A stretch of 63,994 nucleotides of DNA, filler included, from Stramenopiles sp. TOSAG23-2 (Eukaryota): the NCBI GenBank assembly GCA_900128395.1. It is 3 parts of 3 records of this genome, joined end to end, with 100 filler letters (N's around TTAATTAATTAA, not from the genome) between each part and the next. Parts side by side here need not be neighbours in the genome. Positions count along the whole stretch, not along the records: positions 1 to 31,111 come from LT649377.1; 2 more parts are not named here. One strand, given 5' to 3'. The position numbers and the translations under genes are program-made. Every line of letters starts with the position of its first letter. The stretch's first letter is position 1. Positions 11,901 through 23,531 of this stretch are shown here, one piece after another. A model generated the notes under the pieces. The model was not told the origin of the DNA. It worked only from the letters and a program-made list of their open reading frames with translations, and searched no databases.

Positions 11901-14900
11901 CAGAGGCATTGAAATCGATAGTGCCTTTTGAAAATGAAAAACAAGGCTCTCCTGTTGTTGTGCGAATATTATCGGATGGGGTTTCTCCCATAGGACCTAC
12001 TCGTGGTGATATAACGTGGCTATACGCATCTAAAATGCCATACTTAATTATTAATATGGACATGTTGGCAATTGTTAGTTTAGATATGTTGAAACCGAGA
12101 TCAAAAATGATAGAATACTACGTAAAGCCCGGTTTTTGCCCAAAGCAAGCTTTACCAGATGCCACGCTGTCAATGGACGAAGATATGGGGAAAATATCTG
12201 ACGGGATAAAACAATTGATAAATATGTCAAAGGCATCAAATATAGTTTACCGTCATAATGAATTTTCAGGTAGTCCATATTTTTATGACTATGTCGCAAA
12301 AGCATATAGTATTGCCACTGCAACTGATATGACATATGAATTATATGATATATATCTATCTCGCGCTGCAAGGACAACCAGTTATGTTTTATATTTAAGC
12401 ATAGTCCTAGGAATATTGCTAGGGCATTTAATAGGTTATATTTTATTTCGAATGTTTCAACAATTGGAAATAGTATTAGAATTATATTTATTTGAAAGAC
12501 GAAAATTAAACAAATTAAAGTTAGCTAATAAGAAAAAACAAACTGAACAGGAAGAGGATGATGACAGTAAGGGTGGTAGTAAAAAAATATCTGTTACAAG
12601 ACTAGCTAAACAAAAGCCAAGAAGAATAAATTTGTAAGTATATTAATCTTAATCATTTCTTATTTAAAATCACAATTTTAGAACAAAACAAGTACTAACC
12701 AATTATTTAATATATTGTATCTTTAGATATGAATTGATAGACATTGCTGGGATATTTATAACTCCTACTTTAGTAGATTCTATAAGAGAATTCATGGAAG
12801 AAAAAACGGTGTATCGCGGGGGACCTCAGACGGACTTTATAGCTTCACTTCCCTTTTATAAACGATTTTATTACAAATTGAAAGTATATGCAGACAATGG
12901 AGTTTATAAATGGCGATCTTCAAAGTTATCTTATCCCGAACATCAAAACACGACATATTCTGACAAAACCGAAACATCATATGGAGATTTTAAAATTGCA
13001 TATGAAGAGTATTGTTCTGTGAGTGGTTATGAAGTTGTAGATCTGTTGTCTCCAGAAATGAAAGAGCGATTGGAAATCGAATTTGGGGTAAAAGTGAAAG
13101 AAAGTGTAAAAAGGAAAGAAATGCAAGGAGAAGGTAGAGAATGGACATTTGACAATGTAATCTTGAAAGACTTTAACAATGTCAAAGACGTAGATGACGA
13201 AGATGAGTGGGTAGAGCATGTAGGAAAGATAATCCTTCATCAAGAAGAACAAATTCGTAAAAAGAACAACGATACCGAAGAAAAGAAAGCGTGTACAGAA
13301 CTAGACATATTTCTAAAAGAGGGTAAGAAGGAAATTAAGTTTACAACGAAAGAATTGGACAACAAAACAATCAATTTGAATATCAAGAAAATGGATTTCT
13401 TTAAGAAGACATCCAATCAAGTGAAAACAAAAATAAATGCAAATATCATTAAAGCTCCTACAAAAAACGCAATGAAATGGTTAAAAAGATCAATGATTGA
13501 AATCATTATTGTATCATCACACCAATTATTCATCGTAACCGTTTCAGGAGCAATTATGTATTTAATACTTTATTTTCAAACCCGAGAATCAGAACTATAT
13601 AATACTAACCTTGCAACCGAGGACGATTTTCGATATCGGCCGGGGTTCATCGTTTATGGCGAAAAGTTCATCCATCCTTCATATTTGCCATGGTTTTTTT
13701 TCTCTATATGCTTTTTCATGTTAGGTCAAATTGATTTAATTTTTTATTATTATTATGGTGGTACACCTGCACCTTGGTCTAGATATCAAACCATTTTAAC
13801 ACTTGAAAATAAAGTTGAAAAGAACAGAATTTTGAATGTGTTAGGATGGCATGCAAATGTTAAAGAGCTTACATCAAAAAAGACTACAGAGAAAGAGGAA
13901 AAATGGTTTTGCGATAATTGTCATAATTTGCTTCATGTTGGTACATATACAGGAAGGAACATTGGAAGGAAAGATTGTAGTTTCAGGCATATGTGCCCAT
14001 CTACTATATTATGGCTTTTTTCATGTTGGTGTGATAAAATAAGCCCTGGGCAATTTTGTAGTGTAGAATGTCGTGATCAATACAGTATTTTATTTAAGAG
14101 TAAAACTGTATGTCCATGCTATCGTACACCAACGCAACTGCGATTTCATTGTTACATGCCGGAGGATAAAGAACATGACAAAAACGAGGATAACGAAAAG
14201 AAGGAAACTAAAAAAGATGACAAAAGAAATGTTTTACGTTTCTTTTGTCATCTTTGTAAAGAAAAGAAGGAAACTAAAAAAGATGACGAAAGAAACGTAA
14301 ACCGTTTTGAAATTACTGACAATAATGAAAAGAAGGAAACTGAAAAAGATGACAAAAGAAACGTAAAACGTTTTGAAATTACTGACTTCCAAAAGGAAAA
14401 AAAATACAATGAATTCAAAGACTATATGAAAAAGACAAGCAAAATAAATCAAAAAGTATCATTACAAGTTCGCCGGCATTGGTTGCGCCTATTATGGAAT
14501 GGATTTCGTACAATTCTTCGCCTACTTTTTATTTCTGCATTTTTTTGGATGATCTCAATGTTTTTATCTTACATTATTACGGTAATGTTGTGGTGGATAT
14601 TAGGTTCCGTTTTAAGCCCGGAGAGAATTTTACCGGTCACATCGTCTACAATAACGTTTGTGACATATTGTATTGCAACTTCAAAAAAATTGTGGAATTC
14701 TAGAAAAATTGTGAAGTTAAAAATATTAGAAGTTATTGATAAAAAAATTGATCAAAAGCTAGAAGAAGCTTCTCGAAAATTTAATGAAGATAACCCTCAT
14801 CTTACTTCTGGATTTGGTGAATTTCAAAGTATAGATGAAGAGGTTTTTATGAAAATTATGCTCCCAGTAATGTTGTCGTATCATAAAGAAAATGTTAAAA

Positions 14901-16144
14901 TATTATTACAAAAAAAATGGACTGAAATGTCAAGTGATGGAACCATTGTATTAAGCGACTTAATGAAAGTTACTTGGTTTGATATCGAAGTTATTGATAA
15001 AAAAATTGACCAAAAGCTAGAAGAAGCTTCTCGAAAATTTAATGAAGATAAAATAGATGAAAAGGTTTTTATGGAAATTATGCTCCCAGTAATGTTGTCG
15101 TATCATAAAGAAAATGGAAATGATAACGAAGACTGGGTTCTTAAAATATTATTACAAAAAAAATGGACTGAAATGTCAAGTGATGGAACCATTGTATTAA
15201 GCGACTTAATGAAAGTTACTTGGTTTGATATCGAAGTTATTGATAAAAAAATTGACCAAAAGCTAGAAGAAGCTTCTCGAAAATTTAATGAAGATAAAAT
15301 AGATGAAAAGGTTTTTATGGAAATTATGCTCCCAGTAATGTTGTCGTATCATAAAGAAAATGGAAATGATAACGAAGACTGGGTTCTTAAAATATTATTA
15401 CAAAAAAAATGGACTGAAATGTCAAGTGATGGAACCATTGTATTAAGCGACTTAATGAAAGTTACTTGGTTTGATATCGAAGATTTATTTGAATATAAGT
15501 TTAAAAATGCAGATCCCCCTCAAAAAAAAGAAGATCCCATAAAACCTAGTTTCAAAGCCCATAAACCCATTAAACCCACAAAACCCAGTTTCAAAGCCCG
15601 TGCCATCGTAAATAAACTACGCGATGCTTTTCAAATGAAAATGAAAAGTGAAGCAGTAGATAATATTTATCAAAGATTGTTTATCAATATATCAGGAGAT
15701 CACGATGGACATTTAGAATTTAAACATTTTAAAAAGATATTTTTAGAACATTTAGGTATTCAACTAAGCGACGAAAGGTTGTTAGATCTGTTTTCAGCAT
15801 TCGATTCGGATGGAAGTCAAAAAATTGATTATAGTGAATTTAAAGATGCAGTTAATTCTCTTCAAGTACGGATGGTTGGTATTGCACTTGAAATGGTGGG
15901 ATTATCACATGATCAATTGATTAGATTATTGGTTTTTGGTTGTATCTATTTGTTTTTCGTTTTAATATTTTTATTATTAGGTATATTTAGTTTTACAGAA
16001 GGTGACTTATTTGGTTGTACAATACAATCTATACTACCAATGGCAGCGGGGGGATTACGTTTTAAAAGTGTCAATGCGGGTGATAAATTCAAAAACATGC
16101 GCATAGAATGGTTAATCGATCAAGTGTTTAAATTAATTTCGTAA
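8944..16144 (+). CDS. ~2316-aa multi-pass membrane protein: N-terminal repeats, ectodomain with fibronectin type II domain, Cys-rich segment, EF-hand pair; 4 exons (8944-11590, 11674-11759, 11834-12633, 12727-16144)
   Basis: Three GTAAGT...CTAAC...AG introns join in frame (6951 nt = 2317 codons). Splicing yields CIFPFTYNGQKYHECTS...PWCVT...FWNFC (FN2 pattern). DSDGSQKIDYSE is an EF-hand; several hydrophobic helices. Start codon uncertain. Confidence 0.8.
9013..9590 (+). repeat. Four ~50-codon coding repeats (AIRNIAQPDEITNNTNxSELKKQVIxRLGEETFNKTVEKEK)
   Basis: Visible in DNA and protein; the copies are diverged and in frame. Confidence 0.9.
14729..15478 (+). repeat. Three in-frame coding repeats of 82-86 codons
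   Basis: Units start at 14729, 14987 and 15233. Units 2 and 3 (246 nt) look identical; unit 1 differs by in-frame indels. Confidence 0.9.
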
Positions 16145-16717
16145 AAATTGTAGTGTTCGAGACCTGGAGACCTGGGGGTAAAAAAGGTGCGCACCACTAT
16201 ATTGGTGGTTTGGTGTGTGTAAAAGGACACGAAATACGAAATATTCATTACGAACAATTTTTGACGCGGTCAAAAGTGTTTCATAGTATTATGCCAGGCA
16301 TGTATCACATATGAGTTTATATTTTTACTCAGCACGGGAAGTATTGTACGCTCCTCGTAAAAATTTATTATTTAAAAAAAAAATATTTTAAAAAAACTTT
16401 AGATTTTAACTACGATCGTATCATATTTTCTTTAAAAATTTTAATAAAAAGGAAAAAAAAGAATTAATGTACTATTATGTCCGATATTATAAATATTCGT
16501 ATATATTCGTGGCTAATTTTTTACTTTAATTCTTTTATATACTCGTACTTTTAATTTTTTAAAACACACTATTTTTGCTACGAACCTCGTATTTTTTTTT
16601 GATGCACCCAAAAATGTATTGGTTATTGAAGAATGTGATGGTGTTAAAAAATCTAAATGTCCCACTCCACCCACACCAAACAAAAATATTCAAATTACAA
16701 CCAACTCACATCACACG

Positions 16718-18655
16718 TCACGCGTTATTTGTATCATTATCATGTTTATGGTGTTCTTTTATTTCCCTTCTCGCATGCATTAACCACGTCGAGCTAAAAC
16801 TAACAAATTCCATTGTTCGCATAACTAATGTCAATGCTTCGTTTATTTCTTTCTCTTCAATATCAAAAGGTTCAGATTCTTGACGTGATAATTTTAAGGT
16901 TGGTAAGATACCATCCATTGATATCCATGGATCATTCATAATATCTTCACTAGTAAGACGTTTTGAAATATTTCTTTCCAATATTTTTTTCAAAAATTGT
17001 TGCAAACCAATTGATATGGTAGGTGCATTTTCAAAATTAAATAATATAGGTTTTGTTTTAATATTATGTTCTAATTCATCATATGTCTTCCCAGTAAATG
17101 GTGGTCGTCCCATGACAGTTAAGTACAAGGAGACACCAAATGACCATACATCACCAAGACCTTGTTGTTTTAAAAGCAAAGATGATACACGTATACGTTG
17201 TCGCGTTTTTGATCCTTGGTTATTACTACTACTATGACTACTACTACTACTATCAGTCTTGTTTTCTGTCGTATTATACGTACTACCGTTCTTTCCGTTG
17301 TTATTAGAAATCAAATCATCATCATCCTCTTCACCATCACTATCGTTGTCAGTTGTTAAATGTCCATCATTCAATTCCATATCAATATCCTTGGACGAAA
17401 CACTTAATGATCGTACCGATGCTCGCATTGATTCAGGGCTGAAACTTTCTGGTGGTCGAAATAATGGTGTTCCTACTAATGGTTCATGTACGAAACTTTC
17501 TAAATCTTCCAAATTTTCATTATCATCAGCAAATATATGTGCTACACCAAAATCAGCTAATTTTGCACCACCATGGCCAACATTAGATGTTGACATTAAG
17601 ATATTTGATGGTTTGATATCTCGATGTACAACATTATGCGTATGCATGTATAACATTGCAAGTGCAATATCACGATAAATAACACGTACAGTCTCTTCGC
17701 TTAATGGTGTTAATTTCTCATTACTTTCGCCTTCTTTCCAATCTGGTAATAATGCACCAGATGGTAAATATTCCATAACAATGTATAATTTATCTTGATC
17801 TGGGTCATCTAATACATCAATAACATTTACAATATTTTCATGCTCTAAACGTTTTAATACTGCAATTTCTTTTGCTATTTTTCCAGTTGCATATCCATAT
17901 TTACCAATCTTTCTTTTGATCTTATCATGCGTTTTTGGTGAATCTAACATTGCTTTATGACGCTTACGACGTCTTAAAATACTTTTTTTTTTTACAATTT
18001 TCATTGCATAAAAATTACATGTTGGTACTTTTGTTATTTTGTTATTGTTGTCATTATTATTATTACTACCATTTGATGATAATGATTTACCTTTGTTTTT
18101 CTTTGCTGACGTAGGATATTTTAAATTCATATATGTTTTATATTCTTCTTTAATTGCACATTTATGAACAACTGCTTGTGAACCATGTCCTAATTCTTCT
18201 AATATAACATATTTTCCAACATGTTCTAATTTAGATATTGATTGTTTTCGTTGTGGATTTGATTGTATTGATGTGTTGTTGTTGTTGTTAACGTTATTAC
18301 TATTACTGGTTGTTGAAGAATCTTTTGTCTCTTTGTTATTTGGTGTTGTTGGGATGGTAGGTGTTGTTGTCGCTACTGCTGCATTAGTATTATTATTATC
18401 ATTAATATTATTGTTATTGCTTTTCTTGTTATTTGTATTTGTTGGTAATATATTAACTGTATTTGATATTTCATCTTGCATTTTGTTGTACGATGAACTA
18501 CGTTGACGAAACGATGTTTTTGGCGATGATTTCTTGCTCTTGTTATTAGTAGTACCACCATTTCCATTACTATTACTATTATTATTATTATCATCCTCTT
18601 CTTTTAATTCTTTCATAGCTTGTGAATTATTAGTTGGACAACATACATTTCCCAT
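16718..18655 (-). CDS. Ser/Thr kinase, CAMKK-like, with N-terminal acylation motif
   Basis: LGHGSQAVV, AMK, EIAVLKRLEHENIV..VLDDPDQDKLYIVMEY, HRDIKPSN, DFG, GTPLFRPPE, DVWSFGV; starts MGNVCC. Confidence 0.9.
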   Translation of the reverse strand: MGNVCCPTNNSQAMKELKEEDDNNNNSNSNGNGGTTNNKSKKSSPKTSFRQRSSSYNKMQDEISNTVNILPTNTNNKKSNNNNINDNNNTNAAVATTTPTIPTTPNNKETKDSSTTSNSNNVNNNNNTSIQSNPQRKQSISKLEHVGKYVILEELGHGSQAVVHKCAIKEEYKTYMNLKYPTSAKKNKGKSLSSNGSNNNNDNNNKITKVPTCNFYAMKIVKKKSILRRRKRHKAMLDSPKTHDKIKRKIGKYGYATGKIAKEIAVLKRLEHENIVNVIDVLDDPDQDKLYIVMEYLPSGALLPDWKEGESNEKLTPLSEETVRVIYRDIALAMLYMHTHNVVHRDIKPSNILMSTSNVGHGGAKLADFGVAHIFADDNENLEDLESFVHEPLVGTPLFRPPESFSPESMRASVRSLSVSSKDIDMELNDGHLTTDNDSDGEEDDDDLISNNNGKNGSTYNTTENKTDSSSSSHSSSNNQGSKTRQRIRVSSLLLKQQGLGDVWSFGVSLYLTVMGRPPFTGKTYDELEHNIKTKPILFNFENAPTISIGLQQFLKKILERNISKRLTSEDIMNDPWISMDGILPTLKLSRQESEPFDIEEKEINEALTLVMRTMEFVSFSSTWLMHARREIKEHHKHDNDTNNA

Positions 18656-19380
18656 GATGATAGGAATGGATAGATAATAAAAAAATTGTAATAATATTAT
18701 TATCTTCTGTATTATATGTATGATTATATTATTATTATCTTATCGTGGTTATATATATATATATATATGTATATTTTACTACGAACATATATATATATAT
18801 ATATATATATATGAAACGTGGTGAGGTGCTAAGAAGTATATTTTGTTTTGTCCTCTCATCTATTTCCTTTCTAATATCTAATATATTTTATTAAAATGTA
18901 TGAGGAGAGTATCTTTTTTTTTTATTAATTAATTCTTCAACAACAACCTTCTTCTTCTCGCCCGTCTTCTTTGAGTCTTACTATACCATTTTACATCCTA
19001 TCTATCTATGCTGTGACGAAGTTATTGTAACATATGTGTATTGTACTTGCACAAAATAGCATAGGAATAGAATGTAAATCAAATGTAACCTTTTTTTTCT
19101 AATTTTTATCAAGTTAAAATATGGCTTCTTACTATACTATTTTCCATCCTATCTACAATCCTGTGTTAGTACTATTAAAAACCTGTTCACTGTACTTACA
19201 GTTACCCTATCCCTATCCGCAGACAACCCTATCCCGAACCCGACGAAGTGCCCAGAAAGTATAGGAGAAAATTGTTTGATAATTATGCTGAAATAGGCTT
19301 GAAAATATTTATATGATAGGACTTGTTAGAGTACGATTTGTGATGATCCACCAAATTAAGCATGGGCAAGATCTCTATAC

Positions 19381-19638
19381 GTACGCAGTGCTACCCTCTA
19401 AAACACATCATAAAACTGTACACTTCACAAATAACACTATTCACTATGGGAAATATGTAAATATCGTTTTCTAAAATTTCAATTTTATTTTTCATATATT
19501 TGGAAAAAATAGCAAATATCCGAAAATATAGAAAAAATGATGAATATTTCCCCCATAGTGAATAGTGTTAAGTGTACAGTTTTATATGATGTTTTGTACA
19601 GTTTTATGATGTTTTAGAGGACTTATAGCACTGCGTAC
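19381..19638. mobile_element. MITE-like element with ~75-nt terminal inverted repeats
   Basis: Left arm GTACGCAGTGCTA-CCCTCTAAAACACATCATAAAACTGTACACT..AACACTATTCACTATGGG mirrors right arm CCCATAGTGAATAGTGTT..AGTGTACAGTTTTAT..GATGTTTTAGAGG..TAGCACTGCGTAC. The outer 13 nt are a perfect inverted repeat. Confidence 0.65.
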
Positions 19639-20102
19639 CTCAGCAGACTCATTCTTTTAATAAAAAAAAGTAGGGGACCGATATATTTCTTATTCTTACA
19701 TAGATGACTCGAGTATCATACATTCATACGGTATATATGAATATATCAAATATACATACTCGATGCATCAAAATCAATTATCATTAAATGAAATAAAAAA
19801 GTAATTAAAAATTACAAACAAAAGAATAGGAACATTAGGACTCAAAGCTTACATATTGTATGTTTCTCGTTGTCGTAATTTTTAATAAGACTAAACTCTT
19901 TCCACCATTTTTATAGATAGATATATTTATTCTCGGTGTATAAGTTTTAGTGTGTGTGTGTGTTTGTTTGTTTCTTTTTTTGTTTTTTGGTTTGTTTTTT
20001 TTTCTTTTCTGTAAGAAATTAGCAATTATTTTTATTGGGATTATTATAAACCAATAAGAAAACATTGTAGAATATTAAAACCAACATCCTCAAAAGAAAC
20101 AG

Positions 20103-23100
20103 ATGAAAATACGCTTCGCTCCACAAACACGGGGCAGGATGACATTAAGCAAATCAAACATGATAAAATACATTATATGTATCATGGTATTATTGATAAT
20201 CAATTCACTTAATACTACATATGGACGTTCTTTTCAATCAACCACGATACAACATAATAATAAAAATGATAAATTATTATCAACAAATAGTAATAGTCGT
20301 CGTATTAATAGTCAAAAAACATTATTACGTAGTAATCAGAAAAAAATATTACAACAGCAAGAGGCCAATGCAAACAATCCAATCAGTACAATGCCAAGCG
20401 ATGCAAATGAGAACGATAACACTAAATTTAATCATGGCGTAAAAAACAATAATGTCCCTTCCAGTGTACAGGATCATACGCAAAAGAATCCAGTAACCGA
20501 ACCTCGACGTGTTTTTCCAAATAATATACGTCCTTTAAATAGTGCTGTTGAAGATACAGCAGCACCTGTCACCCCGACCAAAGATCTTCCCGTTTTTCCA
20601 CCAGAGGAAGGTCCGGTATCTTTACGTATTACACGGCGGGATAGTACTTCCATTACGTTGGCATGGGATGCACCACCTGGCAAGTTACCAACTTTGTATA
20701 ATTTATTAATGGATCGTGTCTCCGTCTATTCTGGATCACAAAAAAGTTATTCACAAACTGGGCTTACGGCGGAGAAATGCTACGTGTTTCAAGTCGCTGC
20801 CTATGTTGATGGGAGATGGACACGTTTTACCAAACCAAAATATACATCAAGTTTGGAGAACGATGTGGAAGTAGAAAAATTAGATGAGCAAAATGCCGAG
20901 TTGCGTAATATATTGGAAAAACAAGCACTTGCAAAAGTGCAAGGAAATGCATGTTTATTAGAAACAGTGACAAATGCAAATGTTATCTATGGGGATCATG
21001 CAAGTGGTGGTGGTTCCGTTGAATACAATGCCGAAGTAGCAGATACGTCTATTACGGGTGTAGAAGCATCCGTATTGAATTGTCAAGTTAGTAAATGTTT
21101 ACAAAACAATGGGTTAACGACTACTCTTATAAAACCACGGCAAGGTCATTTAAAATTACGTTTGGATGATGCATCCTATAAATTACGATTTTTAAGTATT
21201 CCGGAAAATTCGCATATATTGGAATTTAACAGCCCATACAATGCCTTTACAAAATCAACCATTAATTTACTTGGATGCCGTGCAAATGAATTGGATGAAG
21301 AAAATCAACAGCGTATTGGTAAAACGGGCGTTGCTGCAAGGAAATGTTTAATGTTAAATTGCACTAGGGAATATAAATTGTATTATTTCTGTGAACCTGG
21401 TGAAGGACCGCCAACACCAGGATATTATGGAATTGATGCATGGAGGCATGATATCAATCGTGCCTCGTATCCAAACCATCGTTTCAATCGATTTGAAGCG
21501 ACGATGAAAGCGACGATATCACCAAAATTGACACCATATTCCGTAGATGAAAAAACAAATAAACAAGTGGATTACAATATGTATTCCCATCGAGGATATC
21601 GAGAACCATTTTATCTATCATTTTTAACACGCTTAGTACGAATCGATGCAACGCCTCATTTTCCCCAATTACTTGGTACTTTCCGTTGTTTAGATTTGCC
21701 AGTAAAATTTAGAGCATCACCAAAACAAGCTAAGGAAGGATTGCAAGATGGAATTTTACCACCATTTCAAGTCACTGGCAGTACCGTATCAACTATTAGT
21801 CAAATGAAAACTGACGGCGATGCATTTTCATCCCTGTACATGGGAACAATTACGGAAGCTATATCGACTGATTTAGAAGCTTATTTAGATGGTTTTAAAG
21901 GATTTGCCATAGATAATGAATGGGTACGTGGTATAACGTTTCAATTAATTCATGGACTTGGTGTTGGTAACCACGCATATGGTTTGCACCACAATGATTT
22001 ATTAACAATGTCAAATATACGATTGAAACAATATCCACGCGAAGCGAAAGGTGTTCGTAAATATTGGTGTTATAAATTAAATGATTTAGTATTGAGTGGT
22101 GATGGTTGTGGTAATCCTACTAGTAAAGTAGATATTCCATCTTATAATGGAGATCCAAAAGAAAAAGCAACAAGTCATGAACAATCAAAAAGTAGTGGTG
22201 ATGGAAGTGGAAGTGGTGATGGCAGCGGCGAGAAAGCGAAAGGGAAAAACAATGCTGCAACTTCCTTTTTAGAAACAAGTATTTTTGAAATGCATGGTTT
22301 GAATGAACCAAATCGTATAGTCGTGGATCCTGATAAGCCACCGCCAAAATCAGCAGCAGAAATTGCCATGTTAAATATCCAACATCGATGTGTTGGTGGT
22401 GTTGTGAAGACAGTGCCGGCAGATGAATTACCATCCAATGTATGTAGTTCAGGGGATAAAGTTGATAAAGGAGATGGTAAAGTAGATCCTGATAAGAATA
22501 GGAGAAAAGGTATTGGTAGTTCTAGTGTAGCAAACACGGATCAGCAACCGCCTACTCCAGCTGAGGCACCGCAGAATAAAATGGGAGAAATTGATCCAAC
22601 CGATCCATCTGCATCTGATACTAAAATACGAACTTCATGGTGTATACCTGCAGATTCCGTAGATGGCATGCAAGTAAAATTACATAATTTTGGCACTGCC
22701 GTATTGAAAAAGAAAAACATTGAATTTTGGAAAAAAGGATATACGTTCCCAAATTTACCATGGAATGACGATTTAACGGATGTAGCAATAGTATTATGTG
22801 GATACGTAGCATCCCACATGGCAACATTTGATTTGCGTGGACGTGATTTATGTACAAAAATGAAAAATGGATATTACCAAGAAAATCCATTACATGCACT
22901 TCGACATCCATATTTTGATGATTATTTAACAAAAGAGCAAATGCCTTTAGCAGAGCGCAACAATTATATATATACACCAAAACCAGGGTGTGATTGTGAC
23001 AAAAAGAAAAAAGCACGTTATGCATTACCAGGTAATGATGCCAATAAAAAAGCGGGACGAGAACATTTTGAAGATGGTCTTAAATTGAAGATGGACAAGG

Positions 23101-23531
23101 TCATGCCATCGAAAATTGCTTCTAAAAAATCACGGCAACAATATATGGCTGCCGGTCATACACCATTACGTATTAAATTGATGAATTTAACAAAGCCTGG
23201 TGGGGAAAGTCCTTTGACACCATGGATTGTTGAAAAGCGAGGTGCAAAATTAGATGTTAGTGTTCTAGTTGAATGGAAGCCTTATAAAGGCTCTAAATAC
23301 TACAATTTATTATTAGATGGTGTATCCGTTTACTCTGGTCCTAAAACGGTATTTCAATTGAATAATTTACGAGAAACTAAATGTTATCGTATTGCAGTTG
23401 CTGCATTTGTACAAGATAAAAAGAAAGATTTAAATGGTAAAAATAAAGATGGTGGTAAAGATATAGGACATTGGACGCCACCAAGTCATAGTTTGCATAT
23501 TAACAGTTGTGGTTTGAGGAGTGATGCGTGA
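20103..23531 (+). CDS. Putative secreted FN3 / atypical (pseudo)kinase / FN3 protein
   Basis: Hydrophobic leader from Met 20160. Two FN3-like domains (SITLAWDAP..YNLLMD..VYSG..YVFQVAA; VEWKP..YNLLLD..VYSG..YRIAVAA). Kinase-like TPHFPQLLG, FQLIHGL, HHNDLLTMSNI, VKLHNFG. Confidence 0.7.
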   Translation: MKIRFAPQTRGRMTLSKSNMIKYIICIMVLLIINSLNTTYGRSFQSTTIQHNNKNDKLLSTNSNSRRINSQKTLLRSNQKKILQQQEANANNPISTMPSDANENDNTKFNHGVKNNNVPSSVQDHTQKNPVTEPRRVFPNNIRPLNSAVEDTAAPVTPTKDLPVFPPEEGPVSLRITRRDSTSITLAWDAPPGKLPTLYNLLMDRVSVYSGSQKSYSQTGLTAEKCYVFQVAAYVDGRWTRFTKPKYTSSLENDVEVEKLDEQNAELRNILEKQALAKVQGNACLLETVTNANVIYGDHASGGGSVEYNAEVADTSITGVEASVLNCQVSKCLQNNGLTTTLIKPRQGHLKLRLDDASYKLRFLSIPENSHILEFNSPYNAFTKSTINLLGCRANELDEENQQRIGKTGVAARKCLMLNCTREYKLYYFCEPGEGPPTPGYYGIDAWRHDINRASYPNHRFNRFEATMKATISPKLTPYSVDEKTNKQVDYNMYSHRGYREPFYLSFLTRLVRIDATPHFPQLLGTFRCLDLPVKFRASPKQAKEGLQDGILPPFQVTGSTVSTISQMKTDGDAFSSLYMGTITEAISTDLEAYLDGFKGFAIDNEWVRGITFQLIHGLGVGNHAYGLHHNDLLTMSNIRLKQYPREAKGVRKYWCYKLNDLVLSGDGCGNPTSKVDIPSYNGDPKEKATSHEQSKSSGDGSGSGDGSGEKAKGKNNAATSFLETSIFEMHGLNEPNRIVVDPDKPPPKSAAEIAMLNIQHRCVGGVVKTVPADELPSNVCSSGDKVDKGDGKVDPDKNRRKGIGSSSVANTDQQPPTPAEAPQNKMGEIDPTDPSASDTKIRTSWCIPADSVDGMQVKLHNFGTAVLKKKNIEFWKKGYTFPNLPWNDDLTDVAIVLCGYVASHMATFDLRGRDLCTKMKNGYYQENPLHALRHPYFDDYLTKEQMPLAERNNYIYTPKPGCDCDKKKKARYALPGNDANKKAGREHFEDGLKLKMDKVMPSKIASKKSRQQYMAAGHTPLRIKLMNLTKPGGESPLTPWIVEKRGAKLDVSVLVEWKPYKGSKYYNLLLDGVSVYSGPKTVFQLNNLRETKCYRIAVAAFVQDKKKDLNGKNKDGGKDIGHWTPPSHSLHINSCGLRSDA

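Noticed and set aside
19203-19243. CCCTAT/CCCGAA units as telomeric repeats
   Set aside because: Only a few imperfect, interrupted units at an internal position.
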